A stretch of DNA of 64,000 bases from an uncultured delta proteobacterium. Lineage in GTDB: Bacteria > Myxococcota > UBA727 > VGSZ01. Location of the stretch: positions 1,056,001-1,120,000 of the forward strand of contig CAVZJB010000016.1 in NCBI GenBank assembly GCA_963775425.1. The letters are read 5' to 3'. This document shows positions 9,387 to 19,383 of the stretch, one piece after another. How positions within the stretch are numbered: position 1 is the first letter of the stretch; the number at the start of each line of letters is the position of its first letter. The notes below the pieces were generated by a model. The model was given only the letters and a program-made list of their open reading frames with translations. It did no database searches and was not told the origin of the DNA. The position numbers and the translations under genes were made by a program.

Positions 9387-11168
9387 ATGCGAATGCTCGC
9401 CGTCGCCGCCTTCGCCTCCCTCTTGTCTTGCGCCACGGCCAGGCCCGCGCCTGCCGCGGTCGTCGCGCCCGCGCCGCCTGCCGGGCCCGCGGCCGGCGAC
9501 GCGGCGGACGGCGACCCGGCGGACGGCGACGCCGCGCCCGACGAGGACGGTCCCTACGAAAACGCGCGCCCCGAGCCGCGGCCCGACATCCCCGTCGGGA
9601 AGACGCTCACGGCGTACACCGGCCCGCGCTTCGTGACCGGTGAGAGCTTCGTGCCCGTCGCCGACACCGTCATCGCCGACGAGACCGGTCGCGTGCGCGC
9701 GCTCGCGAAGGGCCCGCCGCCCAAAGGGCTCCCCGTGGTCAAGCTGCCGGGCAAGCTCGCGGTCGCCGGCCTCCACGACGCGCACATCCACGTGCAGAGC
9801 ATCGGGCGCGCGCGCGAAGGCGTGGGCCTGCTCGGCGTGACGTCGCCGGCGGCGGCGAAGAGGAAGGTGAAGGCGTGGGCGAAGAAGCATCACGACGCGG
9901 CGGCGGTGGAGGGGCGCGGCTGGGATCAGTCGCGCTTCCCCGGGAAGAAGTGGCCGACGTGGCAGCAGCTCGAGGGCGCCACCGACAAGCCCGTCTTCCT
10001 CGAGCGCGTCGACGGCCACGCGGCGTGGGTGAACCGCGCGCTCCTGAAGCTCGCGGGCATCACCAAGGACACACCCGATCCCGCGGGCGGCAAGATCCTG
10101 CGCGACGACAAGGGTGAGCCCACGGGCGTCCTCATCGACAACGCGGTCGACCTGGTCGCCAAGAAGCTGCCGGCGCCGACGCCGGCGGACATCGAGCGCT
10201 GGTACCTCGCGGGCATGAAGGCCTGCGCCGACGCCGGGCTCGTCGGCGTCCACCTCATGGGCATCACCGTCGACGCCGCCAAGGTGCTCGAGAAGCTCGA
10301 CGACCAAAAGAAGCTCCCCGTGCGCGTGTTCGCGTACCTCCTCGGCAGCGAGGACGCCTCCTTCGACTTCCTCGCGCACCTCGACAGGCCGCCCAGCGAG
10401 CACCTGCGCTTCATGGGCATCAAGCTGTTCGCCGACGGCGCCATGGGCAGCCGCGGCGCCGCTCTGCTCGCGCCCTACGACGACGACAAGGGCAACAGCG
10501 GGCTGCTCGTCACCGATCCCAAGGACCTCGCGGAGCGCGTCGCGCGCGTGCACAAGCTCGGCTACGCCGCCGCCGTCCACGCCATCGGCGACCGCGCCAA
10601 CCGCATCGTGCTCGACGCCATGAAGGCGTCGCCGGCGCCTGAGGGCGCGCGCGATCGCATCGAGCACGCGCAGCTCGTCGCGCCCGAGGACTTCCAGCGC
10701 TTCCACGACGAGCACGTCATCGCGTCCATGCAGCCCACGCACGCCACCAGCGACATGCGCTGGGCCGAGCAGCGCGTCGGCGCCGAGCGCCTCAAGGGCG
10801 CCTACGCGTGGCGCACCATGCTCGACGACAAGGTGCGGCTCGCGTTCGGCTCGGACGCCCCCGTCGAGAGCGAGCGGCCGGTGCTCGGCATCTACGCCGC
10901 CGTCACGCGCCAGGACGCGGACGGCCACCCGGCCGGGGGCTTTTTGCCCGAACAGCGGCTGACGCAGGCGGAGACGCTCGCCGCGTTCGCCGCGGGCGCC
11001 GCGTACGCGGTCGACATGGAGCAACAGCTCGGCGCGCTCACGCCCGGGATGTTTTTCGACGTGAGCCTCTTTTCCGATGACGCCGCCGCGGCGAAGGACC
11101 CGAAGGCCTGGCTCAAGACCCGGGTTGTCGGTACGGTGGTCGGCGGCGTGCTCCGCGAGGTGAAGTAG
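9387..11168 (+). CDS. Amidohydrolase family 3 (YtcJ-like) lipoprotein
   Basis: HDAHIH, RVDGHAAWVN, KLFADGAMGSRGAAL, HAIGDRA, RIEHAQ, FGSDAPV; lipobox LLSC. Confidence 0.9.
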   Translation: MRMLAVAAFASLLSCATARPAPAAVVAPAPPAGPAAGDAADGDPADGDAAPDEDGPYENARPEPRPDIPVGKTLTAYTGPRFVTGESFVPVADTVIADETGRVRALAKGPPPKGLPVVKLPGKLAVAGLHDAHIHVQSIGRAREGVGLLGVTSPAAAKRKVKAWAKKHHDAAAVEGRGWDQSRFPGKKWPTWQQLEGATDKPVFLERVDGHAAWVNRALLKLAGITKDTPDPAGGKILRDDKGEPTGVLIDNAVDLVAKKLPAPTPADIERWYLAGMKACADAGLVGVHLMGITVDAAKVLEKLDDQKKLPVRVFAYLLGSEDASFDFLAHLDRPPSEHLRFMGIKLFADGAMGSRGAALLAPYDDDKGNSGLLVTDPKDLAERVARVHKLGYAAAVHAIGDRANRIVLDAMKASPAPEGARDRIEHAQLVAPEDFQRFHDEHVIASMQPTHATSDMRWAEQRVGAERLKGAYAWRTMLDDKVRLAFGSDAPVESERPVLGIYAAVTRQDADGHPAGGFLPEQRLTQAETLAAFAAGAAYAVDMEQQLGALTPGMFFDVSLFSDDAAAAKDPKAWLKTRVVGTVVGGVLREVK

Positions 11169-11449
11169 TGGCCAAGAAGAAGAAAAAGCCGGCCGGCGAG
11201 GCCCCGAAGGACGCCAAGAGCGCCGGCGCGGCGAACAAGTCGTCGACGCCGTCGGCGCCGCAGACCGCCGCAGACATCGCGCTCGCCAAGGGCAACTACT
11301 CGGCCGTGCGCGCGCTCGCCAAGAGCGGCGACGCCGAGGCCGAGAAGCTCTTCCCGCTGATCCGCATCGACATGGGGCAGGTCGCCGCCGGCATCGTGGC
11401 GTTCCTCGTCGTCACCACCATCGCGCTCATCACCGTCCACGGAGGCTGA
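11168..11449 (+). CDS. Small hypothetical membrane protein
   Basis: Basic N-terminus, single C-terminal TM helix, abuts the upstream stop. Confidence 0.65.
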   Translation: MAKKKKKPAGEAPKDAKSAGAANKSSTPSAPQTAADIALAKGNYSAVRALAKSGDAEAEKLFPLIRIDMGQVAAGIVAFLVVTTIALITVHGG

Positions 11450-11482
11450 GCGGGCCGGCTCCGGCGCCCGGCCACGCGGTGC

Positions 11483-12688
11483 TCACGCGCGCTTGGCCAC
11501 GCGGTGCTCGAGCTCGAGCACGAACGGCAGCGGGTCGTCCGCCGCGAACACGTCGGGCTCGGCGAGGAAGAGGTCGGTGTCGACGATCTCGCGCAGGGAG
11601 CCCAGGCGCTTCTTGAGCACGCCGCGGCCCTCGAGCCGCCCCACCAGCCGCCGCGCGCGGCGCGCCATCACCTCGAGGTCGCCGACCACCCAACGCCACA
11701 CGTGCCCCGCCTCCGCCGTCTGCACCGACAGCGGCGGTGGCGCCCCGCGCGCGAGCGCCTCGCACAGCACGGGCACGTTGACGCCGGCGCTGATGGCGAG
11801 CTGCAACGAGCCCCACAGGCGCCCGATGACGTTCACGATGTGAAGCACGCCGTCGTCGCCGCGGAACAGCTCCACCATCGCCGGCCCCTGCCACGACAGC
11901 GACGCGAGCACGGCGCGGGCCTTCTCCCGCACCTCCTCGTCGACGGGCAGCGTGCGGGCCAGCGTGGAGACACCGGAGAGATCGCCGCGCTCGCGCAGCC
12001 GCTCCTGGAACACCTCCGCGAGCACGCGCCCCTCGTCACACACGGCGCCGTAAGCGAGCCAGCGGCCCGGCGGGCGCGGCTCGAGCAGGCAGCCGGCGCG
12101 CACGAGGTCTTCGCGCGCGTACAGGAGGCGGCGCACGTCCGCGAGCGTCTCCACGGGGATGCTCTGCGCCAGCCGCCGCGTGCCGTCCTCGCGCTCCACC
12201 CAGGGGACCAGCGGCCGCACGATCACGGGCACGGCGCCGAGCGCGTCGAGCTTGCGCAGCGCGGGCTCCACGGCGTCGGGGACGTCGACGCGCAGGGTCT
12301 GGATGCTCGGGATGCCGAGCGCGCGCGCGCGATCGTGCAGGGCGGTGCGGTCGAGGGCGCGCGCGACGGCGTCGTGGGGGGGCATTGTGCGCCGCGCCCC
12401 CTCGGGGAGCTGGTCGCGCCAGCGCGACAGCGCCCACAGCGCGTCGTCGGTGGCGGTGAGGATGAGGTGGCAGCGACGCCCGGCGGCCTCGTCGGCGATG
12501 GTCTCGGCGAAGCGGTGCGCCTCCGCGCCCGCGTCGGGCACCAGCAGCGTCGACGTGGCGTACCGGGACCACATCGCCAGCGCCGGCCGCTGCGGCGCCG
12601 CGACGGCGACCGCCACGCCGGCGCGTCCCAGCGCGCGCACCGCCGCGAGCCCGGCGCGCGTGTGCCCACACGTGATGAGCGCGGTCAT
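11483..12688 (-). CDS. ATP-grasp (carboxylate-amine ligase-like) protein with degenerate catalytic motifs
   Basis: LAAVRALGR, SRY, GPAMVE, GRLWGSLQLAISAGVN, DDPLP. Confidence 0.75.
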   Translation of the reverse strand: MTALITCGHTRAGLAAVRALGRAGVAVAVAAPQRPALAMWSRYATSTLLVPDAGAEAHRFAETIADEAAGRRCHLILTATDDALWALSRWRDQLPEGARRTMPPHDAVARALDRTALHDRARALGIPSIQTLRVDVPDAVEPALRKLDALGAVPVIVRPLVPWVEREDGTRRLAQSIPVETLADVRRLLYAREDLVRAGCLLEPRPPGRWLAYGAVCDEGRVLAEVFQERLRERGDLSGVSTLARTLPVDEEVREKARAVLASLSWQGPAMVELFRGDDGVLHIVNVIGRLWGSLQLAISAGVNVPVLCEALARGAPPPLSVQTAEAGHVWRWVVGDLEVMARRARRLVGRLEGRGVLKKRLGSLREIVDTDLFLAEPDVFAADDPLPFVLELEHRVAKRA

Positions 12689-12820
12689 CGGCCCCCGCCG
12701 TCCCCGACGGGCGCTGCGGCGGCGGCCCCGTTGAACAATGCCATCACGTGCCCGTCTTAGCGGATGAACCCGTCGGAAGTGAAATTGACTCGGCTTTTCA
12801 GCGATCCATACTCGCCGCGT

Positions 12821-13852
12821 ATGCGCGTGTCGGGCCCCGTCTTCGGGCTGGTCGTCGCCCTCTGCACCGCGGCTGTCGGCGCGGGGCCGGCGCGGGCCGC
12901 GGCGTCCGACAACGGCCCGTGGCTCAACGCGCTCTCGGCGGCGTTCGTGGTCATCGATCTCACCACCGGCGACCTCGACGGCGACGGCAAGGACGAGACC
13001 GTCGCGTGCTACCGCGAGGACGTCGAGCGCACCGTACAAAAGAGCGGCATCGCCATCTTCAGCGGCAAGGGGGCATCGTCGCGGCCGGTCTTCCACGTGC
13101 AGCTCGATCGCGTGCTCTGCGAGAAGGTGCGTATCAGCGGGCGCCAGCTCGGCATCCTGCTGGCGGGCGACAAGCGGCTCGTGTGGACCTACGGCAAGGA
13201 GATCCAGTTCGGACAAGTGGACATGGTGGCGTCGGCGTCGTCGTCGAAGGACGGCTCGCACGGTCCCGACAAGGCCATCGACGGCGACCTCCGCACGTCG
13301 TGGGCCGAGGGCGCCGAGGGCACCGGCCTCGGTCAGACCATCACGCTCAAGCTCAAGAAGCCCACGGACATCGGCGCCATCGGCATCTTCGGCGGCAACG
13401 GCAGCAGCGAGCGCGCCTACTTCGACGACAACCGCATCCACCGCGGCTCGTTCGAGATGAAGACCGAAGCCGACGTCGGCGACGCCGCCGCCGGCATCGA
13501 CTTCTCCTCGCTCGGCATCGAGTCGCTCGGCGACCGCCAGGAGTTCACCGTCGACAACAAGCCCGCGGTCACCTACATCCGCGTCGGCCGCAAGGACGTG
13601 GTCCAGGTCCAACTCCGCGTCGACAGCGTGTACCTCGGGGACAAAAAGGACGACACGCACGTCGCCGAAATCGAAATCGTCCCCCTGCTCTCGCTCTCCG
13701 AGACCGTCGACCGCGCCACCGACGTCGCGCAGAAGCCCAAGGTCGACGGACACGACGGCGCGCCGCAGAAGCCGCGCGTCAACAAGGGCGACGACGCCGT
13801 GAAGAAGCTCGACGCGAGCGGCAGCCCGCTCATCGGCGACGACGGCCTGTAG
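12821..13852 (+). CDS. Secreted protein with DLDGDG repeat and discoidin/F5-8 type C-like glycan-binding domain
   Basis: Signal peptide; GDLDGDGKDE; ASASS..AIDGDLRTSWAEG..GLGQTITL. Confidence 0.75.
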   Translation: MRVSGPVFGLVVALCTAAVGAGPARAAASDNGPWLNALSAAFVVIDLTTGDLDGDGKDETVACYREDVERTVQKSGIAIFSGKGASSRPVFHVQLDRVLCEKVRISGRQLGILLAGDKRLVWTYGKEIQFGQVDMVASASSSKDGSHGPDKAIDGDLRTSWAEGAEGTGLGQTITLKLKKPTDIGAIGIFGGNGSSERAYFDDNRIHRGSFEMKTEADVGDAAAGIDFSSLGIESLGDRQEFTVDNKPAVTYIRVGRKDVVQVQLRVDSVYLGDKKDDTHVAEIEIVPLLSLSETVDRATDVAQKPKVDGHDGAPQKPRVNKGDDAVKKLDASGSPLIGDDGL

Positions 13853-13855
13853 CCC

Positions 13856-16303
13856 TCACTCGAACGAGATGGTGTGCGACTCGCGCTCGCCGGGCTTGAG
13901 CGTGACGACGAAGGTCTTCTTGTTCGGCGGGTGCGAGACCGTGACGGTGTGGCGCCCGGCGCGCAGCTCCACCTTGAGCGGCGTGGTCTCGGCATAGGTG
14001 TGGCCGTCGATGGTGACCTTGCCCCACATCGCGTCCTTGGTCTTCACGATGAGCGTGGCCATGGCGGGGCGCCCGCGCGTCCGCTCGCGATGCGGCCGCG
14101 TATCTTCCGGCTTGTCGTCCGGGACCTTCTCGACGGGGACGAGGTCGAACGACACCGACAGCGGCTCGCCGGCGGTGGCCGTGACCTCGCGCTTCTCCGG
14201 CGTGAAGCCCGGCGCGCTCGCCTGCACCGTGACGGGCTCGCCGGGCGAAACGCCCATCCCCTCGACGTACGGCTTTTGCTCCTCGTCGCCCACGAGCACG
14301 ACGGCGTCCGCCGGCTTCACCTCGACGTGGAGCGGGACGTCCGCGGCCGTGAGCGCGACGTCGACCACCTGATCGCGCGCGTCCTGCGCCGGCACGTCGA
14401 TGCGCACGGAGCGCTCCTGGTAGCCGGGCGCCTTCAGCGTGATGACGAGCGTGTCGCCCGGGATGGCCGAGAACTGGGCCGGCACCGGCGCCTCGCGATC
14501 GAGGGCGGCGGCGACGGCGCCCGGCGTGCTCGACTTCACCACGATGCGCACCGGCGTGGGCTTGACCATCGGGTGCTTCACCGGGAGCGCCGCCTGCCCC
14601 GCGGGCGGACGCGACAGAGCCACCGCGACGACCATGATGAGCGCGATGCCCGCGACCGACGCAGCCGCGAGGAGTACGAGGCCCTTCCTCGCGGCCCGCG
14701 GCCTCTTGCGCGGCAGCGAGCGCAAGCTCGCGCTCGTGTAGGGCGTCTCCTGCTCGGTGACGAGGCCGGCGGCCTCCGCCGTCTTCGTCTCCGCGGACGC
14801 CGCGAACTCGGCGGCCGCGGCGCTTTGGTCCTCGCTGCCGGGCCGGCTGCGGCGCACCAGGCTCGTCCTGCTCACGAGCGTCTGCGTGAGGAGCATGTCG
14901 CCCTGGGTCGGCTCTGCGCGGCGATCGGGCAACGAGGCCTCGGGGCGCCGATCGGCGCCGGGAGGGAGCGGCTGCGCTCGATCCGCGAGGCGCTTGTTCG
15001 ACTCGCCCGAGCGCATCTGCCGCGTGGCCGGCATGAGCGGCGTCTTGGACGCCGCCTGCGCCGCCGCGTTCGGTCCCGACGCGTACTGCGTGCGCGTCTC
15101 CGCGTCCGCCGGGATGCGCACCACCTCGCGCTCGGGCGCGCGCTCCTCGGGCGGTGGGCCCTTGGCCGTCGGCTCGGGCGCGCCCGCGGGCGGCGGCGGC
15201 GGCGCGGCCGGCGGCAGCGACACCGGCACGTGCTCACCACTGACGCCGATCTGTCCGCGCTCGAGCGCGAGCAGCTCCTCCTTCTCCTCGGGGAAGGCCC
15301 GCTCCATCACCTGCGCGATGCGCTTGTGCGTGAACGCGGGATCGGTGCGGTAGACGTACGCGCGCAGGTCGTCCGCGAAGTCCTCGGCCGAGTGGTAGCG
15401 CCGCTCGGGGTCGCGCGTGAGCGCCTTGTTGGCGATCTTGGCCAGCGGGGCGTCGCAGAAGCCGAGCTTCTTGAGGTCGGGCGCGTCGGTGTCCGTGATG
15501 TTGTCGTAGACCACCATCTCGTCGTCGCCCTGGTACAGCGTGCGGTTGGCGATGAGCTCCCACAGGACGATGCCGGCGGCGAAGACGTCGACGCGGTGGT
15601 CGAAGTCGCCCGTCTTCATGAAGCGCGCGGGATCGATCATCTCGGGCGCGAGGTAGCGGAGCTTGCCCTTGATGGTCCCGATCTCGGTCTCCTCGAGACA
15701 ATCGCGCGCGCGCGCGATGCCGAAGTCGATGACCTTCACGTGGCCGTCGAAAGACACCAGCACGTTCTGCGGGCTGACGTCGCGATGGATGATGTACGCG
15801 GGGTTGCCGCTCGCGTCCTTCTGCACGTGCGCGGCGTGGAGCCCCTGCAGGAGCTCGACGACGATGAAGCACGCCTCGAGGACGCCGAAGCGCTCGCCGC
15901 GCTCGCGGAGCTTCTTCACCACCGTGGACAGCGACTGCCCCGGCACGAACTCCATCACGATGAAGTAGTCGCCGTCCTGCTCGCACAGCTCCACGATGTT
16001 GGCGACGTTCGGGTGGTTGAGGAGGACCGTGATCTTGGCCTCGTCGACCATCATGCGGACGAACTGGGGATCCTGGCCGTAGCGCGGGAGGATGCGCTTG
16101 ATGGCGAGGGTCTTTTCGAAGCCGTGCGCGCCGAAGCTGCGCGCCGCGAACACCTCGGCCATGCCGCCGCGGGCGAGCTTCTTGAGCAAACGGTAACGCC
16201 CGAGGCTGTCCCCCGGTTGAGAGGGGCTCTGTCCGGTCTCCGAATACTCCGGCTCCGACGTGCCCACGACCGCATGAGACCAAATCCGCGCCCCGGGTTC
16301 CAC
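13856..16303 (-). CDS. Membrane Ser/Thr protein kinase with C-terminal PEGA-like domains
   Basis: LARGGMAEV, AIK, HRDVSPQN, DFGIA, YLAPE; TM helix; VTIDG..TTPL..L.AGRHTV. Confidence 0.93.
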   Translation of the reverse strand: MEPGARIWSHAVVGTSEPEYSETGQSPSQPGDSLGRYRLLKKLARGGMAEVFAARSFGAHGFEKTLAIKRILPRYGQDPQFVRMMVDEAKITVLLNHPNVANIVELCEQDGDYFIVMEFVPGQSLSTVVKKLRERGERFGVLEACFIVVELLQGLHAAHVQKDASGNPAYIIHRDVSPQNVLVSFDGHVKVIDFGIARARDCLEETEIGTIKGKLRYLAPEMIDPARFMKTGDFDHRVDVFAAGIVLWELIANRTLYQGDDEMVVYDNITDTDAPDLKKLGFCDAPLAKIANKALTRDPERRYHSAEDFADDLRAYVYRTDPAFTHKRIAQVMERAFPEEKEELLALERGQIGVSGEHVPVSLPPAAPPPPPAGAPEPTAKGPPPEERAPEREVVRIPADAETRTQYASGPNAAAQAASKTPLMPATRQMRSGESNKRLADRAQPLPPGADRRPEASLPDRRAEPTQGDMLLTQTLVSRTSLVRRSRPGSEDQSAAAAEFAASAETKTAEAAGLVTEQETPYTSASLRSLPRKRPRAARKGLVLLAAASVAGIALIMVVAVALSRPPAGQAALPVKHPMVKPTPVRIVVKSSTPGAVAAALDREAPVPAQFSAIPGDTLVITLKAPGYQERSVRIDVPAQDARDQVVDVALTAADVPLHVEVKPADAVVLVGDEEQKPYVEGMGVSPGEPVTVQASAPGFTPEKREVTATAGEPLSVSFDLVPVEKVPDDKPEDTRPHRERTRGRPAMATLIVKTKDAMWGKVTIDGHTYAETTPLKVELRAGRHTVTVSHPPNKKTFVVTLKPGERESHTISFE

Positions 16304-16322
16304 TCGGCGCTATCCTTCCGGC

Positions 16323-17624
16323 GTGCTCGTCGCTGTGGTCGCATGTGCGCTAGCCGGGGCCCCCGCCGCGGCGCCGGTGTACGCGGGGGTCCTGGCCCGC
16401 AATCTCTCGCTCAAGGACGCGGCCGAGCACGCCGCCATCGCCCTCGGCCAGGCCCTCGAGAAAAAGGGCGCCGTCGACGTCGGCTCCCCGCCCCTGCCGG
16501 ACACCGCCGGCGGCCCCGACGCCATCCTCAAGAGCCTCGTGGCTGCCGCCGCCGACAAGTACTCCGAGGGCGACTTCTCCCTCGCCGTCTCCAGAGCCGA
16601 CGAGGCCGTCGCGCGCTTCGAGGGCGGCGGCGCCTACCGCGCGGGCCCCGCCTGGAAGAGCTTCAGCGACGCCCTCGTCGTCAAGGCCCTCGCCCTGCGC
16701 CGGCTCGGCAAGGAGGGCGACGCCGACGCCACCCTCGGCCTGCTCGCCGCCACCATGCCCGGCGCCGTCCCGGACCCGGCCATCACGCCGCCCAAGGTCG
16801 CCGAACGCTACAAGCAGATCGTCGACGACATGAGGGCCAAGCCGCGGGTGAGCATCGAGGTCAGCTCCACGCCGTCGGGCGCCGACGTCGTCGTCGACGG
16901 CAGGGCGCAGGGGAAGGCCCCTGTGGTGGTGCGCGATCTCCTCGCCGGCGTCCACTTCGTCGGCCTCGCCGCCGAGGGGGAGCACGCGCAGAAGATGGTG
17001 ACCCTGCCGCCCGGGGAGAACGGGCGGGTCGCGGAGAAGGTCGGCGACCCGCGCGCCATCGCCGCCCGCGGCCTGCGCGCCGCCCTCGCCTCGCCCGTGG
17101 CCAGGGAGGTCGTGATCTCCGAGGCCAAGAAGGTCGCCGACGACGTCGTCGTCGGCGCGCTCGTGAAGGACGCCGGCGGCCCGCTCCTCGTCGTCGCGCG
17201 CGTGCGCGGCGGCGAGATCACGGTGGCGGGCGCGCGGGTCGAGAAGGCGTCGCAGGTGAAGCCGCGCGCCGACGCGCTGGCCGCCGCCGTGCTGCACGAC
17301 CCCCCGGGGACGTCGTGGCTCGGCGAGGGGCCGGCCACGCCCTCCGCGATCTTCCTCTCCGGCGTCCCCGCCCTCGCGGCCGGCGACGGCCACGGGGACG
17401 GCCGCGGCGACGGCGCAGACGGCGGCGGCGACGGCAACGGCGATCACCGCCCCGCGGACGGCGAGGGCGAGCTCGACACCGGCACCATCGTCCTCGCGAG
17501 CGTCGGCGCGGGCGTCGCCGTCGCCGTCATCACCGGCGCGGTGCTCGGCTACCTGGTCGCAGACGCATCCTCCAAGAAAGTCACGGTGACGATCGATGGC
17601 TCGAAGCTCAAGCATCCTTCTTGA
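16323..17624 (+). CDS. PEGA-domain membrane protein
   Basis: Signal peptide, helical region, SSTPSGADVVVDG..GKAP..L.AGVH, C-terminal TM. Confidence 0.8.
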   Translation: MLVAVVACALAGAPAAAPVYAGVLARNLSLKDAAEHAAIALGQALEKKGAVDVGSPPLPDTAGGPDAILKSLVAAAADKYSEGDFSLAVSRADEAVARFEGGGAYRAGPAWKSFSDALVVKALALRRLGKEGDADATLGLLAATMPGAVPDPAITPPKVAERYKQIVDDMRAKPRVSIEVSSTPSGADVVVDGRAQGKAPVVVRDLLAGVHFVGLAAEGEHAQKMVTLPPGENGRVAEKVGDPRAIAARGLRAALASPVAREVVISEAKKVADDVVVGALVKDAGGPLLVVARVRGGEITVAGARVEKASQVKPRADALAAAVLHDPPGTSWLGEGPATPSAIFLSGVPALAAGDGHGDGRGDGADGGGDGNGDHRPADGEGELDTGTIVLASVGAGVAVAVITGAVLGYLVADASSKKVTVTIDGSKLKHPS

Positions 17625-18051
17625 CGCGAGGCCCCTCGCCGTCGTCCTGGCGTTGGCCCTCGGCGGCTGCGACGGCGTCGATCTGTTCCTCTCGGTGGTC
17701 CCCGGGATCGACCCGGGCACGCAACAGCCCTACGACACGTCCGCCGTGAGCTCGCTCCACGTGATCGCCGACAACGGCGTGAAGCTGGAGGAGCGGGATG
17801 TCGCGCTCGACCAGCAGACCACCTTCGCGCTCGCGGACCTCGACACCACGCTCCCGCTCGGCTTCGAGGTGTGGGGCTGTGAGTCGCTCGCGACGTGTGT
17901 CCGCGACAAGGTCCTCTTTCGAGGCTGCACGCCCACCAAGACGGACTACTCGCAGCGGCCCACCGGCCCCGAGCACCTGCAGGACAACACGGTGGCCATC
18001 GAGCTGGTCCCTTTCGGCGACCCGACCCTGGACCAGTGCCCCGCGTTTTGA
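17596..18051 (+). CDS. Hypothetical lipoprotein
   Basis: Lipobox LGGC, several Cys; overlaps the PEGA gene end. Confidence 0.65.
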   Translation: MARSSSILLDARPLAVVLALALGGCDGVDLFLSVVPGIDPGTQQPYDTSAVSSLHVIADNGVKLEERDVALDQQTTFALADLDTTLPLGFEVWGCESLATCVRDKVLFRGCTPTKTDYSQRPTGPEHLQDNTVAIELVPFGDPTLDQCPAF

Positions 18052-18063
18052 CTCGAGCGCGCC

Positions 18064-19374
18064 TCAGCCCGCCTTGGCGCCCGGCGGCGGCGGCGGCGCA
18101 GACGGGGCCGACGGCGCCGACGGCGGCGGCATCGGCATCGGCATCATCGGCATCGCCTCGTGCGGGTTGGCGCTGCCGGGCAACGCGTTTTCGCGCGTCG
18201 GCCGCCACGCGGGGACGCGGGTGCCTTTGCCGTCGTCCTTGGAGAACGGCGACGGCAGGGGCTCCACCAGCCGGGTGATCTTCGCCTTGCGGCGCAAGGA
18301 GTCGATGAGCCCGTCGACCTTGGCCATGAACTGCTTCACGCCCTGGCGGTCGATGATGGTCTGCTTCATGTCGGCGTACGTCTTCTGGCCGCCCTTGTGG
18401 ACGCCGCCGCCGCGCAGGATGTGGAAGCCGAACGGCGAGCGCACCGGCTTGGACACCTCGCCCTTCTTCAGCTTGAACGCCGCCTCGTCGATCGCCTTCA
18501 CCATGTCGCCGTGCGCGAATGTGCCGAGGTCGCCGCCGTTTTGCTTGGCCTGCGGATCGTCGCTCTTGTCCGCGGCGACCTTCTTGAACGTGGCCTCGTC
18601 CTTGCCCGCCACCTGCTTGCGGATGTCCTCGGCCTTCTTCAGGGCCGCCGCCACCTCGTCAGGCTTGGCGTCCTTCTTCACGGCGACGAGGATGTGGAAG
18701 GCGCTGGTGGTGTCCGGCACCACGAACTTCGCCTTGTTTTCCTCGTAGAACTTCTTCACCTCCGCGTCGGGCGGCGGCGGCGTCTCCTTCTTGAGCGCCT
18801 CGAAGAGCTTGCCGATGGCGACGTCGCTGGCCACGTCGGTGGTGAAGGTCTTCTCGTCGCTGTGCATCTGGGCGAGCACGTCTTGCAGCGTCTGGCCCTT
18901 GGGCAGCGTGCCGAGCAGCCGATCGCGCTCCTTGTTCACCTCGTCGTCGCTGGGCCAGAGGTTCCTGCGCCGCGCTTCGTCGGAGAGCAGCTTTCGCTCG
19001 ATGAGCTTCTCGTACGCGGGCTCCTCGAGCGCGTCGCGCGTGGGCGCGTCGAGGTTCGCGGGGGGGATGCCGGCGACGGCGGCGTGTTGCGCGATGGAAC
19101 GCTCGAGGTCCGCGCGCGTGAACGTGACGTCGTCGACCTGGGCGATGGGCGCGTCCATGGCGAGGGTGGCGATGGTCGAGCGGCTGACGGCGTCGTGGAT
19201 GCCGTGCGGACCCTGGAAGTCGTGGGGGCCTTTGCCGCCGCCGACGTCCATCCCCACGGGCGCAGACGTGCCCCCGTCGGCCGCCGGCGCGGGGCTGTGA
19301 GGCGACGCCGGGTTCTTCTTGGGGCAGCCCGCGAGGGCGACGGCGAACGACAAGGCGAGGACGGCTTTCTTCAT
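18064..19374 (-). CDS. PrsA/SurA-like parvulin peptidyl-prolyl isomerase lipoprotein
   Basis: Lipobox LAGC; HILV, SDD, GGDLG, GEVSKPVRSPFGFHI. Confidence 0.92.
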   Translation of the reverse strand: MKKAVLALSFAVALAGCPKKNPASPHSPAPAADGGTSAPVGMDVGGGKGPHDFQGPHGIHDAVSRSTIATLAMDAPIAQVDDVTFTRADLERSIAQHAAVAGIPPANLDAPTRDALEEPAYEKLIERKLLSDEARRRNLWPSDDEVNKERDRLLGTLPKGQTLQDVLAQMHSDEKTFTTDVASDVAIGKLFEALKKETPPPPDAEVKKFYEENKAKFVVPDTTSAFHILVAVKKDAKPDEVAAALKKAEDIRKQVAGKDEATFKKVAADKSDDPQAKQNGGDLGTFAHGDMVKAIDEAAFKLKKGEVSKPVRSPFGFHILRGGGVHKGGQKTYADMKQTIIDRQGVKQFMAKVDGLIDSLRRKAKITRLVEPLPSPFSKDDGKGTRVPAWRPTRENALPGSANPHEAMPMMPMPMPPPSAPSAPSAPPPPPGAKAG

Positions 19375-19383
19375 CGTTTTCCT

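Noticed and set aside
13874-17749. Very long alternative ORFs (for example 13874..17749 +, 8460..11024 -, 58630..61452 -)
   Set aside because: Shadow frames of real genes; stop codons are rare in high-GC DNA and the translations have no recognisable motifs
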